Positions 1 through 10,694 of a DNA stretch of 64,000 nucleotides are shown here, piece by piece. The position numbers and the translations under genes are program-made. The notes under the pieces were generated by a model. That model saw only the letters and a program-made list of their open reading frames with translations, was not told where the DNA came from and ran no database searches. The DNA comes from Myxococcales bacterium (lineage in GTDB: Bacteria > Myxococcota_A > UBA9042): assembly GCA_037441385.1 (NCBI GenBank), contig JBBISH010000001.1:64001-128000 (forward strand). Direction: 5' to 3'. How positions within the stretch are numbered: position 1 is the first letter of the stretch; each line of letters opens with the position of its first letter.

Positions 1-172
1 GCCCGAAGGGTGAACGGGTCGCCCCAGTGGGGCAACCCGTAGCTGGGACGACGCAGCAACGCCGAGTTGCGCCCAAAGCGGCGGATCGGGGCCGAGGTGA
101 CCCCTTGACCCCATCCCTGTGCGCAACGTAACGTGCTGACCCGTGGCCCGATCTGGCCACCGCGAGGACCCC

Positions 173-469
173 GTGGCCGACATCTCCCTTCAGCGCAACC
201 ACAGCTTTGGCATCGACTCCGGCAAGGAGAAATTAGCTCGCCTTGTCAGCAAGTTCCAGCAGAGCAACCCCAGCATGATCGACCGCATCGACTGGAACGC
301 CGACAAGACCGGCGCCGAGGCGGAAGGCAAGCACTTCAAAGCCCAATTCGCGCTGACGGCCGGCCAGGTCAAGGTCGACATCGATCTGAAGGGCTTTGCC
401 GCCAAGATGGCCAAGGGCATGGTGCAGACCAAGCTAGAGAAGACGGTCGGCGAGGAATTTCCAGCCTGA
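173..469 (+). CDS. Polyhydroxyalkanoic acid system (PHA granule region) family small protein
   Basis: GTG start after GAGGA. ~98 aa with 'ISLQRNHSFG...IDW...GQVKVDIDL...KGMVQTKLEK', the pattern of the PHA_gran_rgn family. Confidence 0.65.
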   Translation: MADISLQRNHSFGIDSGKEKLARLVSKFQQSNPSMIDRIDWNADKTGAEAEGKHFKAQFALTAGQVKVDIDLKGFAAKMAKGMVQTKLEKTVGEEFPA

Positions 470-1425
470 AACCGCTACTTTGCAGCCCAAGTTGTTGGAT
501 CCGCGCCGGACTGGCGTGGACGGTGCTGGCCTTTTGCCCGGCGCCGGCTTGGGCCGACACGGCCTTGGCGCCCGAGCCCGCGCTGGCTCAGGCGCAGAAG
601 TGCTATGTCGAAGCGGATTTGGGCTGCACGCTGCGCCTGTTAGAGCCCGATGCGGTGTGGCCCGAGAGCCTGCCGGTCGCGGTGCGGGGCGAGCGGCTGC
701 GTTTGCTCGGCTTTGCGGCGGCCCGTTTGGACCAGCACGCCCTGGCGCGGCGGGCGTTTGCGGCGTGGGTGGCCCTGGCGCCGACCCACCGGCTGGACCG
801 TGCGAGCACCCCGCCCGCGATCTACGCGGACTACGCGGCGGCCTGGGCCGAGGCGCTGGCCCCACAGCTCGAGCGCCAGCCGCAGCTGGATCAGCACCCG
901 CCGCTGGACCCGCCCAAGCCGACCGCGGCGGATCTGCCCCGCTACGCGCCGCCGCCGCTGTCGCCGCGGGACACCGCGCGCGATCACCGGTTCTACCTGG
1001 GGATGACGGCTGCGGGCGGCGGCTTTGGTGTGCCGGATTCGCCGACCAACCAGCTGGGCGTGCAACTGGCCGGGACGCTGCAGGTCCGGCCGTTGTGGAG
1101 CGTGGGCTTTCAGCTCGCGGCTTTGCGGTGGACGCTGCAGGGCACGCCGGCGACGCGTGCGCTGGCGCAAATTCAAGGCGCCTACAAGTTGCCGGTTGCT
1201 GCGGAACATTTCGAGATCGTAGCGGATGGTGGCTTCACCTTTGACTACGATGCGCAGACCCTGGCGGCGCTTGGCCTGGGGCTGCGCTATCATGTGGCGC
1301 CCGAGCAGCCGGTCGGCCTGTACGTAACCCTGGGCGACCAAATGGCGGTCGGCAGCGAGGCCGCGCACCTGGCGGTGTTGGCGGTAGGCGTGGTGGTGCG
1401 GCCGGGTCCCGGTGCCGGCAAGTAG
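466..1425 (+). CDS. Hypothetical secreted protein with a TPR-like helical N-terminus, Pro-rich linker and beta-strand-rich C-terminus
   Basis: 3' part of ORF 133..1425. Signal-like 'AGLAWTVLAFCPAPAWA', then TPR-like 'LRLLGFAAARLDQHALARRAFAAWVALAP'. Start is uncertain (CTG overlapping the upstream stop). Confidence 0.6.
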   Translation: MKPLLCSPSCWIRAGLAWTVLAFCPAPAWADTALAPEPALAQAQKCYVEADLGCTLRLLEPDAVWPESLPVAVRGERLRLLGFAAARLDQHALARRAFAAWVALAPTHRLDRASTPPAIYADYAAAWAEALAPQLERQPQLDQHPPLDPPKPTAADLPRYAPPPLSPRDTARDHRFYLGMTAAGGGFGVPDSPTNQLGVQLAGTLQVRPLWSVGFQLAALRWTLQGTPATRALAQIQGAYKLPVAAEHFEIVADGGFTFDYDAQTLAALGLGLRYHVAPEQPVGLYVTLGDQMAVGSEAAHLAVLAVGVVVRPGPGAGK

Positions 1426-1452
1426 CGGTGCGCGCGGCGAGCGAGGTGGGCG

Positions 1453-2544
<1,092 letters not shown>

Positions 2545-2565
2545 CGGCCAAGGGCGCGGTGGGCA

Positions 2566-3783
2566 ATGGCGGACTCGCAGCGAGACAAGCGGCGCGCCCC
2601 CACGCTGACGCAGCGGATGCGGCAGTGGGTGCAGGCCCGCGACAGCGACGACCCGCCTGCGCCGCCCAAGCGGACCGAGGGCCGCGGTCTCCTTGAGCGC
2701 CTGCCTGCGCCGCGCGGCATGGACGCGCTGCACGATCGCGCTCAGATTTCGCACCTTTTCTCGTGGTTTGGCGAGGACGAGCCCGTTGTTCGCAAGGGTC
2801 TGGCGCAGCGCGCCTCCGAAGTGCTGGCCGGGCTGGGTCCGCTGCAGCTGCCGGCGCGGCAGGTCGGCGATGGCCAGCCGGGCGGTCTGCACCGCTCGCT
2901 GCGGCGCGGCGGCGGCGTGGAGTTCAGCGAGCACAAGGAGTACGCCCCAGGCGATGACCTGCGCCTGCTCGACTGGCGCGCCTATGCCCGCACCGATCGC
3001 TACTACCTCAAGCGCTACGAGCAAGAAGTCCACGCGACGCTGACGCTGGTGATCGATGCGTCGGCTTCGATGCAGTTGGCAGACCTGCAGAGCGATAAGT
3101 TCGACGCCGTGCGGTTGCTTTTGGCGTGCGTGGCGCTGGTGCTGGTGCGGCAGGGCGACTCGGTAGGGCTGGTGGTGCTGGGGCAGCCGGAAGTGAACCT
3201 GGCGCCGCAGACGGGCCTCCGGCATTTCGCTCAGATCTGCGAGCGGTTGCAGCGTCTGCAGCCCGAGGGTACGGCGAGCCTGCCCAGCTTGGGGCCGACG
3301 CATTGGCGCGGGATGGACCAGCGCGGGCTGGTGCTGGTCGCGTCGGACGTGCTGATGGCGGTGGACGCGGCGGTGGCGCCGCTCTACTCGCTGCGGCGTT
3401 CGGGGCTGGATGTGCTGCTGCTGCACACCCTGCATCCCCGCGAGCTGGATTTGAATTTTGCCGCGCCTGCGCAGTTTGTCTGCCGCGAGTCCGAGCGCAA
3501 GGTGGTGGTGGATCCGCGGGTCATCCGCAATTTGTATGTGGATTTGATGCGGAGCCACTGCGACAACCTGCGCCAGGCCGCCACTCACAGCGGCGTGGGC
3601 TACCTGCTGGTCGATACGGCGGTGGATCCGCGCGGGATGATTCGCCAGATTTTGCGGGCGACTGCGCGGCTCAAGCGGCACGGCCAGGCCTCGCTGGGGG
3701 CGAGCGCGTACTCGGACGCGAGCAGCGAGTCGGACGCGGTGCTGGATGCGCTGGAAGCGGGCATCGCGGAGCGCGGGCCATGA
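2566..3783 (+). CDS. DUF58 domain protein (MoxR partner) with an N-terminal extension
   Basis: 'GLHRSLRRGGGVEFSEHKEYAPGDDLRLLDWRAYARTDRYYLKRYE' and 'IDASASM'; directly follows moxR. Confidence 0.9.
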   Translation: MADSQRDKRRAPTLTQRMRQWVQARDSDDPPAPPKRTEGRGLLERLPAPRGMDALHDRAQISHLFSWFGEDEPVVRKGLAQRASEVLAGLGPLQLPARQVGDGQPGGLHRSLRRGGGVEFSEHKEYAPGDDLRLLDWRAYARTDRYYLKRYEQEVHATLTLVIDASASMQLADLQSDKFDAVRLLLACVALVLVRQGDSVGLVVLGQPEVNLAPQTGLRHFAQICERLQRLQPEGTASLPSLGPTHWRGMDQRGLVLVASDVLMAVDAAVAPLYSLRRSGLDVLLLHTLHPRELDLNFAAPAQFVCRESERKVVVDPRVIRNLYVDLMRSHCDNLRQAATHSGVGYLLVDTAVDPRGMIRQILRATARLKRHGQASLGASAYSDASSESDAVLDALEAGIAERGP

Positions 3784-5906
3784 TCCAGTTCGACAACCCG
3801 TGGATGTTGCTGGGGGTGTTGGCGGCGGCGCTGCCGGTGTGGCTGCACCTATTTGGCCGGCGGCACGCGCCGGTGGTGCACTTCTCGGCGCTCGATTTCA
3901 TCTTGGCGAGCAATCCGCGGCGGGCGCGAGCGCTGCGGGTGCGCGAGTGGTTGCTGATTGCCTTGCGGAGCGCCGTGTTGGCGCTGCTGGCGGTGGCGCT
4001 GGCGCGGCCGATGCTGCCGGTCTTTGGTGGCGATGTGGGGCCGGAAGTCGGGACGGGGACGCAGGCGGTGGTCCTGGTGATCGACGACAGCCAGTCGATG
4101 CTCGCGCGCGACCGCGGCGAGACGTTGTTGGACCGCAGCGTGGCCCGCGCGGCGGCCCTGCTGGAGCGGCTGCCGCCGGGCTGCCAAGTCGGCTTGGTGG
4201 CTTCGGGTTTTCCGGCGCGACCCCTGCTGCGGCAATTGACGCGCGATCGCGCGGCGGCGCTGGATGCTTTGCGGCGGCTGCCGGCGCGGCCGCGGCGCGA
4301 CGACTCGGCCAAGGCCCTGAACCTGGCGCAGATCCTGCTGGATTCGAGTGATCTGCCCCTGCGGCGGCTGGTGCTGCTGTCCGACCTGCAGGCGACCGGC
4401 TGGAGCGAGGTGAGCCTGCCGACCCGGAGCGGGCAGGGCGTGCCGATCCAGGCGACGGTGGACCGGCTGGAGCCGAGCTCGCGCGAGAACACGGCGGTGG
4501 TCGATGCCGTGGTGGCGGGGGCGGCGGACCGGGCCAACAACCAGGTGCGCCTGGAGGTGGCTGTCACGCATTTTGGCGAGAAGCCGTTCCGCAACTACCT
4601 GAACGTGCAAAGTGGCGATCGCGAAGTGAAAAGCCTGCTGCAGCTCCAGCCGGGCGAGACGGTGCGGCGGTCGTTCTCGCTGCCGGCGGGCGCGCAGTGG
4701 GCCGAGGTGTCGCTGCCGCCGGACGCGCTGGAGGCGGACAACCGGCGGTTGGTGCGGCTGGACGCGTCGGCCACGCTGCGGGTGGCGCTCGTCAATGGCG
4801 CACCGCGGCCGGTTCCGCGCGACGACGAGGTGTTTTTTGCCGCGCGGGCGCTGGAACTGGGGCAGAGCCAGGCCGGGCAGTGGCTGGTGGACGTGCTGCC
4901 GGCGGACAAGCTGGTGGCGTCCTCGCTGGCCGAGACGGACGTGGTCGTGCTGGCGAACGTGGCCCAGCCGAGCGACGAGGCCCTGGCGGCGCTGAAGGCG
5001 GCGGTGCAGGCGGGGGCTGGGCTGCTGGTGGCGGTGGGCGACAATTTGCCCGATCCGCCGCAGGGTTACTTGCAGGGCCTGTTGCCGGCGACGCTGGTGG
5101 GGCAGCGCCACTTGGTGTCGGCAGACGGGAGTGCTCGGCAGGCGACGGGGATGCGTTGGGAGGGCGGCGGCGCGGCGTTGCAGGGGCCGGCGGCGCAGTT
5201 GCTCGGTCAGGTGGCCGGCGAGTTGGGCGAGGCGTTCAGCGGGGTCGCGGTGCAGCACTATGCCTTGGTGCGGCCGGATGCCGCCCTGGCCGGGAGTGTG
5301 GTGGCCCGCTACGGCGACGGTGCGCCAGCGCTGCTGTTGGGGAGCCTGGGGCGCGGCCAGGTGGCGCTGCTGACGACCACGCTGGACCGCGACTGGACGA
5401 ATTTGCCGGTACAGCCTGCGTTTTTGCCGCTGCTGCACGACTTGGTGGTGGCACTGGCGCGGACGCGGGCGAGCGAGCGGCGCGGACCGGTCGAGGTGGG
5501 CGAGGTGGCCGTGCTGGCGCGCGACAGTCGCGCCGACCAGTTGGAGATTCGCTTTGAAGGACAAGGGGCCGGGCCGCGGCGGGTGCTGCCGGCGGCGCTG
5601 GAGGCGGGGCCGACCTGGACGGTGGCGGGGCTGGACGAGCCGGGGCGGTACGTCGCGACGGAGCTGCGGGGCGGCGTTGCCTTGACTTCGCGGCCGTTGC
5701 TGGTGGTGCCGCCTTCGACCGAGAGCGACTTGCGTCCCGCGGCGAAGGGCGACCTGGTGCGCGCCGGCCTGAATCCGCAGCAGGCGCGCGGCGGGGTGGT
5801 GACGGCGCCGGGTTGGGCCGGGGTGCTGGTGCTGCTGATCGGGTTGCTGCTCGTCGAGGCGGTCTTGCTGGCGCGGGGCGCGCGCGGGGTTGTGCAGGCT
5901 TCGTGA
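3780..5906 (+). CDS. BatA N-terminal domain / VWA domain membrane protein
   Basis: ATGA overlap with the DUF58 gene. BatA-type 'FDNPWMLLGVLAAALPVWLHL...FSAL...LARP', MIDAS-like 'IDDSQSM', 'LLSDLQ', C-terminal TM helix. Confidence 0.85.
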   Translation: MIQFDNPWMLLGVLAAALPVWLHLFGRRHAPVVHFSALDFILASNPRRARALRVREWLLIALRSAVLALLAVALARPMLPVFGGDVGPEVGTGTQAVVLVIDDSQSMLARDRGETLLDRSVARAAALLERLPPGCQVGLVASGFPARPLLRQLTRDRAAALDALRRLPARPRRDDSAKALNLAQILLDSSDLPLRRLVLLSDLQATGWSEVSLPTRSGQGVPIQATVDRLEPSSRENTAVVDAVVAGAADRANNQVRLEVAVTHFGEKPFRNYLNVQSGDREVKSLLQLQPGETVRRSFSLPAGAQWAEVSLPPDALEADNRRLVRLDASATLRVALVNGAPRPVPRDDEVFFAARALELGQSQAGQWLVDVLPADKLVASSLAETDVVVLANVAQPSDEALAALKAAVQAGAGLLVAVGDNLPDPPQGYLQGLLPATLVGQRHLVSADGSARQATGMRWEGGGAALQGPAAQLLGQVAGELGEAFSGVAVQHYALVRPDAALAGSVVARYGDGAPALLLGSLGRGQVALLTTTLDRDWTNLPVQPAFLPLLHDLVVALARTRASERRGPVEVGEVAVLARDSRADQLEIRFEGQGAGPRRVLPAALEAGPTWTVAGLDEPGRYVATELRGGVALTSRPLLVVPPSTESDLRPAAKGDLVRAGLNPQQARGGVVTAPGWAGVLVLLIGLLLVEAVLLARGARGVVQAS

Positions 5907-5992
5907 AGGGCGACCGCGCGGGTCGGGCTTGGCGTTGACCCGTCGCCGTGGCGCAGCTAGGCTGCAATGAGGGAGCGGACCTGGGTTCTAGG

Positions 5993-7408
5993 ATGCGGCG
6001 CATGCTTAGGGTAGTGCACGTTTGGGCGCTGTGTTGGGTGACCTTGGTCGGGCTCGTTCCGGCCGCGGCCCTGGCGGAGCCGCCGGCGTCGCGCTATTTG
6101 GAACTGAGCGACGAGATCGCGAGGGCGCAGCTGCAGATCGAGATGTTGCGCTCGCAGGGCCGCCACGGCGAGGCCGTGGTCGTGGCGCAGCGGGTCGAGC
6201 GGATGGTCGACGGGGCGGCCCGCGACCTGAAGGGCGACGAGCCGGACGCAGCCGAATTGGCCTGGTTGGTGGTGCAGCGCTGGCAGGATCGAGCGGGCGC
6301 GTGCGCGGTGCCCGACGGACCTGGCGCGGTGGTCCTTGCCGAGGCGGCCACGCCGGTGCTGACGGCGTGCGGGTGGCTGGAGAAGGGGGCCGCGCTGGCC
6401 CTCCGTGCGCGGGCGTGGGCGCCGCATCGGCGCGACCTGGAGCAAACTCCGCCCACGTACGAGCAGTTGAGCGAGGTCGCGCTGGAGCAGTTGAGCCGGA
6501 CCCTTGCGGTGCGTGCGGCCCTGCCGGCGAAGCATCCGCAGGGGGTGCCGGGGGCTGCGGTGCCGCCGCCCTATCAGGTGTGGCCGTGGACGGATGCCGC
6601 AAGGGCGGATGCCGCCGGCAAGATCCGCGTGGCGCGGGCCGGAAAGCCGCGGGGCGTGCTGGATCCGGCTGCCGAGCAGTGGCTCGCGGTGGCCTTGGAG
6701 CTGGAACGGCTGGGCAGCCCGCTGGCGTCGCCCTGGATCGTGGCTCAATTCCTGATGCGCAACGGACTGGTGCGGGCCGACGGGGCGGTGGGCGAGGACG
6801 ACCGCGACGTGGTCGCGCAGCTCGCACGGGCCGTGTTGCCGGGTGGCGTCGACGGCGAGGCTGTGGCGGCCTGGCTCGCGGCGCAGCAGCCCAAGAGGCG
6901 CTCTGTGGACCCCAAGGATTGGTCGGCCGAGGAGCGGTTGGCGTGGTGCGATCAGCCGGGGCGGCCCTGTGCGCCGCTGCGGTTGGCGACGTTGCCGGCG
7001 GACGCGGAGTTGCGGGTCCTGCTGGGGGCGAACGCCTGCAGTGGCGACGATCCGCTGCTGCTGCGTTTTCATGGGGGTACCGCTCCGAAAGTCGTGGTGT
7101 CGGGCTGCCCGGCCCTGGCGCTGGGGCCGGACATGCTGGCGGCGGTGGACGGCGCCTTGGCGTGGTATGCGTTTGCCTATCCGGGCGGCAGGGGCGGTCT
7201 CACCACCAGTGCCGACGTGTCGGCGCGGCGCGGGGCCCGGCAGCTGGCCCGCGAGGCCTACCCCGCCCGGCCAAGCGCGGGCCGCGAGGACTTTCTCTAC
7301 CAGCTCGCTGCGGTGGCCTGCGCGCAAGCCCCGAGCGGGGCGCGCGCCAAGCCGGTCAAAGTGCCCCCCGGCGCGGCCTACAGCGCCTGCCGCGCAGCCG
7401 CCCCCTAG
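5993..7408 (+). CDS. Hypothetical secreted protein
   Basis: ORF 5948..7408. Likely ATG at 5993 followed by signal peptide 'VVHVWALCWVTLVGLVPAAALA'. No family recognised. Confidence 0.6.
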   Translation: MRRMLRVVHVWALCWVTLVGLVPAAALAEPPASRYLELSDEIARAQLQIEMLRSQGRHGEAVVVAQRVERMVDGAARDLKGDEPDAAELAWLVVQRWQDRAGACAVPDGPGAVVLAEAATPVLTACGWLEKGAALALRARAWAPHRRDLEQTPPTYEQLSEVALEQLSRTLAVRAALPAKHPQGVPGAAVPPPYQVWPWTDAARADAAGKIRVARAGKPRGVLDPAAEQWLAVALELERLGSPLASPWIVAQFLMRNGLVRADGAVGEDDRDVVAQLARAVLPGGVDGEAVAAWLAAQQPKRRSVDPKDWSAEERLAWCDQPGRPCAPLRLATLPADAELRVLLGANACSGDDPLLLRFHGGTAPKVVVSGCPALALGPDMLAAVDGALAWYAFAYPGGRGGLTTSADVSARRGARQLAREAYPARPSAGREDFLYQLAAVACAQAPSGARAKPVKVPPGAAYSACRAAAP

Positions 7409-7477
7409 AACACCAATCACAACTCTCCGAGGTTCAGAGCAACGAGACCACTCGCTGACGAAAACTCGCTGAGGCTC

Positions 7478-7557
7478 ATACGAACCCCGTCTGATTCACG
7501 CCTGTACGGTTCCTCTGATACGAACCCCATCTGATTCACGCCTGAACGGCTTCTCTG
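7478..7557 (+). repeat. Imperfect 40-bp tandem duplication (2 copies)
   Basis: ATACGAACCCCGTCTGATTCACGCCTGTACGGTTCCTCTG followed by ATACGAACCCCATCTGATTCACGCCTGAACGGCTTCTCTG. Confidence 0.9.
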
Positions 7558-7698
7558 ACCCGGTCTGCAACCGGCGAGAATCAGGCGGGGACCCCGGTCC
7601 GGGCCCGAAGAATTGCCGAAGTTTTCGAGCCGATTTGGACGGAAACCGTATCAGTGGGTCGCAAGCGGGCGCCCCACTACCCAGCACAGCCGCGACCC

Positions 7699-7744
7699 GC
7701 CGCGACGTTTGCCCCCCAAGGACTGGGTTTCTGATCGGTGCTCT
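7699..7744 (+). repeat. Left copy of a ~45-bp inverted repeat (partner at 11581-11624)
   Basis: GCCGCGACGTTTGCCCCCCAAGGACTGGGTTTCTGATCGGTGCTCT; the inner 26 bp are a perfect reverse complement of 11581-11606. Confidence 0.9.
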
Positions 7745-7881
7745 GGCAACCGCAGTGCAGCCATTTTCTACTGCCTGATCTTACGGTAGATTGAGAGCGC
7801 CGCCGCGAAAGTGCTGGAATCCCGGCCGCGCGGCGCCGATCACTGCGTTGCAGGGGTGCCTCTGGGCAGAAGGCCGGTTCC

Positions 7882-10629
7882 ATGGTTCCGAGCATTGCAC
7901 ACTTGTCGAAGCGACTCCCCAGCGCCGTCGCCGGTCTTCTTGCCTTCGCGGCGGTGGTGGCGGGCTGCCAGCCGGAAACCTTGCCGTCGACCAAGGTCTC
8001 CGAGGCCAAGGATGTCGAGGCCGTCCCAGACGTGACCCCGGTCGATGCTGTCGCCGGCGACGTGGCCGAGGTCGATCAACAGGCCGCTGACGTGGCCGAG
8101 GTCGCAGGTCCAGAGTGCGTGCAAGACGGCGACTGTGCAGCTAAAGCCGGCCCCTGCCAGCTCGCCGCCTGCGTAAAGGACAAGTGCGCCCTGGCGCAAA
8201 AGCCGGCGACTGCGGCGTGCGACGACGGCGACCCCTGCACCGTTGGCGACGCCTGCAACTCCGCTGGCGCTTGTGTGCCTGGCACCTTGCCGCCCAAGTG
8301 CGACGACGACAACGCTTGCACGTCCGACAGTTGCGTGCCAAAGACCGGTTGTGTCCACGCCAAGAAGTCGAGCGGCCCTTGCGAAGACGGCGACAAGTGC
8401 ACCGATGGCGACCACTGTCTGGATGGCATCTGCAAGTCGGGCGCGAACGATCTGTGCCCGTGCCATGTCGACGCGGACTGCGCGCCAAAGGCGAACTGGT
8501 GCACAGGCCCGCTGGTCTGCAACAAGTCCGGCAAGGTCAACAAATGCGAACCGAGCGGAGCGGGCGTGGTCTGCACCGATCCCAATCCGCTGGACTGCAA
8601 AGGCGTGGTCTGCGACCCGGCCGCACCCGAGCTGGCCAAGGCTTGCACGGAAACGGTCTTGAAAGACGGCGCCAACTGCAACGACGGCATCGACTGCACC
8701 ATGAACGACAAGTGTGCGGCGGGGGAGTGCAAGTTCGACGCGAACTTGTGTGATTGCCTCACGACCCAGCAATGCGTCAAGAAGTACAATACCCCAGGAA
8801 ACCTTTGTAAAAACAAGCATTTCTGTGACGTTGACCACGTCTGCAAGCCGCTGCCGGATGTCGTCTGTCCCGCCGCGGACCTGGGCGCGTGCGCCACCGT
8901 GACGTGCAACGAAGCCACCGGCAAGTGCGAGCCGACCCCCATCAAAGCCCAGCCGCTCGCCTGCGACGACGGCAACGCGTGCACGGAGGGGGACCACTGC
9001 GCGTATCCGGTTGGCGGCGTTTACTCCGGCCAGTGCGTTTCGGGCAAGGACCTTTGCCTTTGCACGAGCAACGCCGACTGCGCCGTCAAGGAAGACGGCG
9101 ACATGTGCAACGGCACCTTGTACTGCGACAAGCTGACCGGCACCTGCCAGGTGAACCCGGCGACTGTGGTTCAGTGCCCCACAGCGAATGACACGGTGTG
9201 CCAAAAGACCGTGTGCAACAAGAAGACGGGGCTCTGCGACGAAGTGCCGTCCGAGTGGCTCAAAGAGAACTGTCCCCCGGGCACGGCGGGTTGCGGGGTG
9301 TACATCAAATTGCCCGAGGGGGCGACACCGGTCTACAAAGGCTGCGAGGACGGCAACCCGTGTACCGCGAGCTCGACGTGCCTCGCCGGTCAGTGCACGA
9401 CCGAGCCGACGTCGTACATCTGTGGCTGCTCCAAGGACAGCGACTGCGCCTCGCTGGGCGACAAGTGCAAGGGCTCGTTCTACTGCAACGTGGAGTCCGG
9501 CAAGTGCCAATTGAATCCAGCGACGGCGGTGGTCTGCCCGGCGAGCGCCGACTCGCAGTGCGCCAAGAACGTCTGCGACCCCAAGACGGGGGCGTGCAAG
9601 CCGGAGCCCATCGCCAAGGGCGACGCCTACGTCCCCTGCGAAGACGGCAACGCGTGCACGAAGTTCGACTGGTGCGACCTCCAAGGCCAATGTCAGTCTG
9701 GCCAGAACCACTGCATCTGTCAGACCGACGCGGACTGCGCCGCCAAAGAGGACGGGAATCCCTGCAACGGCACGCTTTACTGCAACAAGGCTGCGGGCAA
9801 GTGCCAGCTGAACCCGGCGACGGTGGTCTACTGCTCGCCGCTCTTCGATACCGCGTGCCGGGCCAACAAGTGCCAGATCGCGACCGGGAAGTGCGCGATG
9901 GTTTCGCGGAGCGACAAGAGCCTGTGCGACGACGGAAACGTCTGCACGGCCTCGGACTCGTGCCTGGCGGGCGTGTGCGTGGGGGGCGCGAACCTGTGCG
10001 AGTGCGACAGCAGCAACGACTGCAGCAAGAAGGAAGACGGCAACTTGTGCAACGGCACGCTGTTCTGCGACTTGGCCGCGGTCCCCCACAAGTGCAAGGT
10101 CAACCCGGCGACCGTCGTGACGTGCCCATCCGGCCAGAACACCGCCTGCATGCTGAACACGTGCACGCCCGCGACCGGCGCATGCGCAATGGCGCCGCAC
10201 CCGCAGTTGTTCGCCCAGTGCGACGACGGCAATCCGTGTACCGCCGGCGACGTCTGCGTAGCCGGGGTCTGCACGGGATCTGCGAACCTGTGCAAATGCG
10301 TGCTCGACAGCGAGTGCGCCCCGCTTGACGATGGCGATCCGTGCAACGGCAAGCTCTACTGCGACAAGTCGGCGCCGCCCTTTGCGTGCAAGACCCTGCC
10401 TGGAAGCCCGATTGTTTGCAGCGGGTCCGGGGAGTGCATCCAGAGCACGTGCAGCCCCAGCACGGGCACCTGCACCACGGTCGCGGTCCCTGGGGCATGT
10501 GACGACGGCAACCCGTGCACGTTCGACGCGTGCACCGGGACCTGCAGCCACAGCGTCATCGACGATGGGGTCACGCCGTGCTCTCCCGGGAGTCCCGACA
10601 AGGTCTGCGTGGCCGGCCAGTGCAAGTAG
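7882..10629 (+). CDS. Large cysteine-rich repeat lipoprotein (915 aa)
   Basis: Lipobox VAGC. Seven ~95-aa 14-Cys repeats ('CxDGNxCT...CxC...CNGTLYC...NPATVVxC') plus shorter CDDGNPCT units. Confidence 0.85.
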   Translation: MVPSIAHLSKRLPSAVAGLLAFAAVVAGCQPETLPSTKVSEAKDVEAVPDVTPVDAVAGDVAEVDQQAADVAEVAGPECVQDGDCAAKAGPCQLAACVKDKCALAQKPATAACDDGDPCTVGDACNSAGACVPGTLPPKCDDDNACTSDSCVPKTGCVHAKKSSGPCEDGDKCTDGDHCLDGICKSGANDLCPCHVDADCAPKANWCTGPLVCNKSGKVNKCEPSGAGVVCTDPNPLDCKGVVCDPAAPELAKACTETVLKDGANCNDGIDCTMNDKCAAGECKFDANLCDCLTTQQCVKKYNTPGNLCKNKHFCDVDHVCKPLPDVVCPAADLGACATVTCNEATGKCEPTPIKAQPLACDDGNACTEGDHCAYPVGGVYSGQCVSGKDLCLCTSNADCAVKEDGDMCNGTLYCDKLTGTCQVNPATVVQCPTANDTVCQKTVCNKKTGLCDEVPSEWLKENCPPGTAGCGVYIKLPEGATPVYKGCEDGNPCTASSTCLAGQCTTEPTSYICGCSKDSDCASLGDKCKGSFYCNVESGKCQLNPATAVVCPASADSQCAKNVCDPKTGACKPEPIAKGDAYVPCEDGNACTKFDWCDLQGQCQSGQNHCICQTDADCAAKEDGNPCNGTLYCNKAAGKCQLNPATVVYCSPLFDTACRANKCQIATGKCAMVSRSDKSLCDDGNVCTASDSCLAGVCVGGANLCECDSSNDCSKKEDGNLCNGTLFCDLAAVPHKCKVNPATVVTCPSGQNTACMLNTCTPATGACAMAPHPQLFAQCDDGNPCTAGDVCVAGVCTGSANLCKCVLDSECAPLDDGDPCNGKLYCDKSAPPFACKTLPGSPIVCSGSGECIQSTCSPSTGTCTTVAVPGACDDGNPCTFDACTGTCSHSVIDDGVTPCSPGSPDKVCVAGQCK

Positions 10630-10694
10630 CCATGGTCGTGCCGGTCCAGTAGACTCCGCCGTGGCAGAGGACCCTGCCGTTCGCTTGGGTTGCA

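Larger units (their letters stand above)
7407..7744. mobile_element. Putative MITE / IS remnant with imperfect terminal inverted repeats
   Basis: Left end AGAACACCAATCACAA (7407, overlapping the TAG stop) matches the reverse complement of the right end, AGAGCACCGATCAGAA (ending 7744), at 13/16. No credible CDS inside; contains internal repeats. Confidence 0.5.

Noticed and set aside
14..40. Hairpin ACGGGTCGCCCC-AGT-GGGGCAACCCGT at the window start
   Set aside because: No U-tract and the upstream context is missing, so it cannot be assigned as a terminator or ncRNA.
7478..7557. Possible CRISPR array (also considered 52879-52930 and 48274-48312)
   Set aside because: The repeats are directly tandem with no unique spacers, and there are no cas genes.
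10632..10694. In-frame ATG 2 bp after the upstream stop, followed by TAG at codon 7, suggesting amber readthrough into the methyltransferase
   Set aside because: TAG is a very common true stop in this window and there is no recoding machinery here; a downstream TTG start or a recent nonsense change is simpler.
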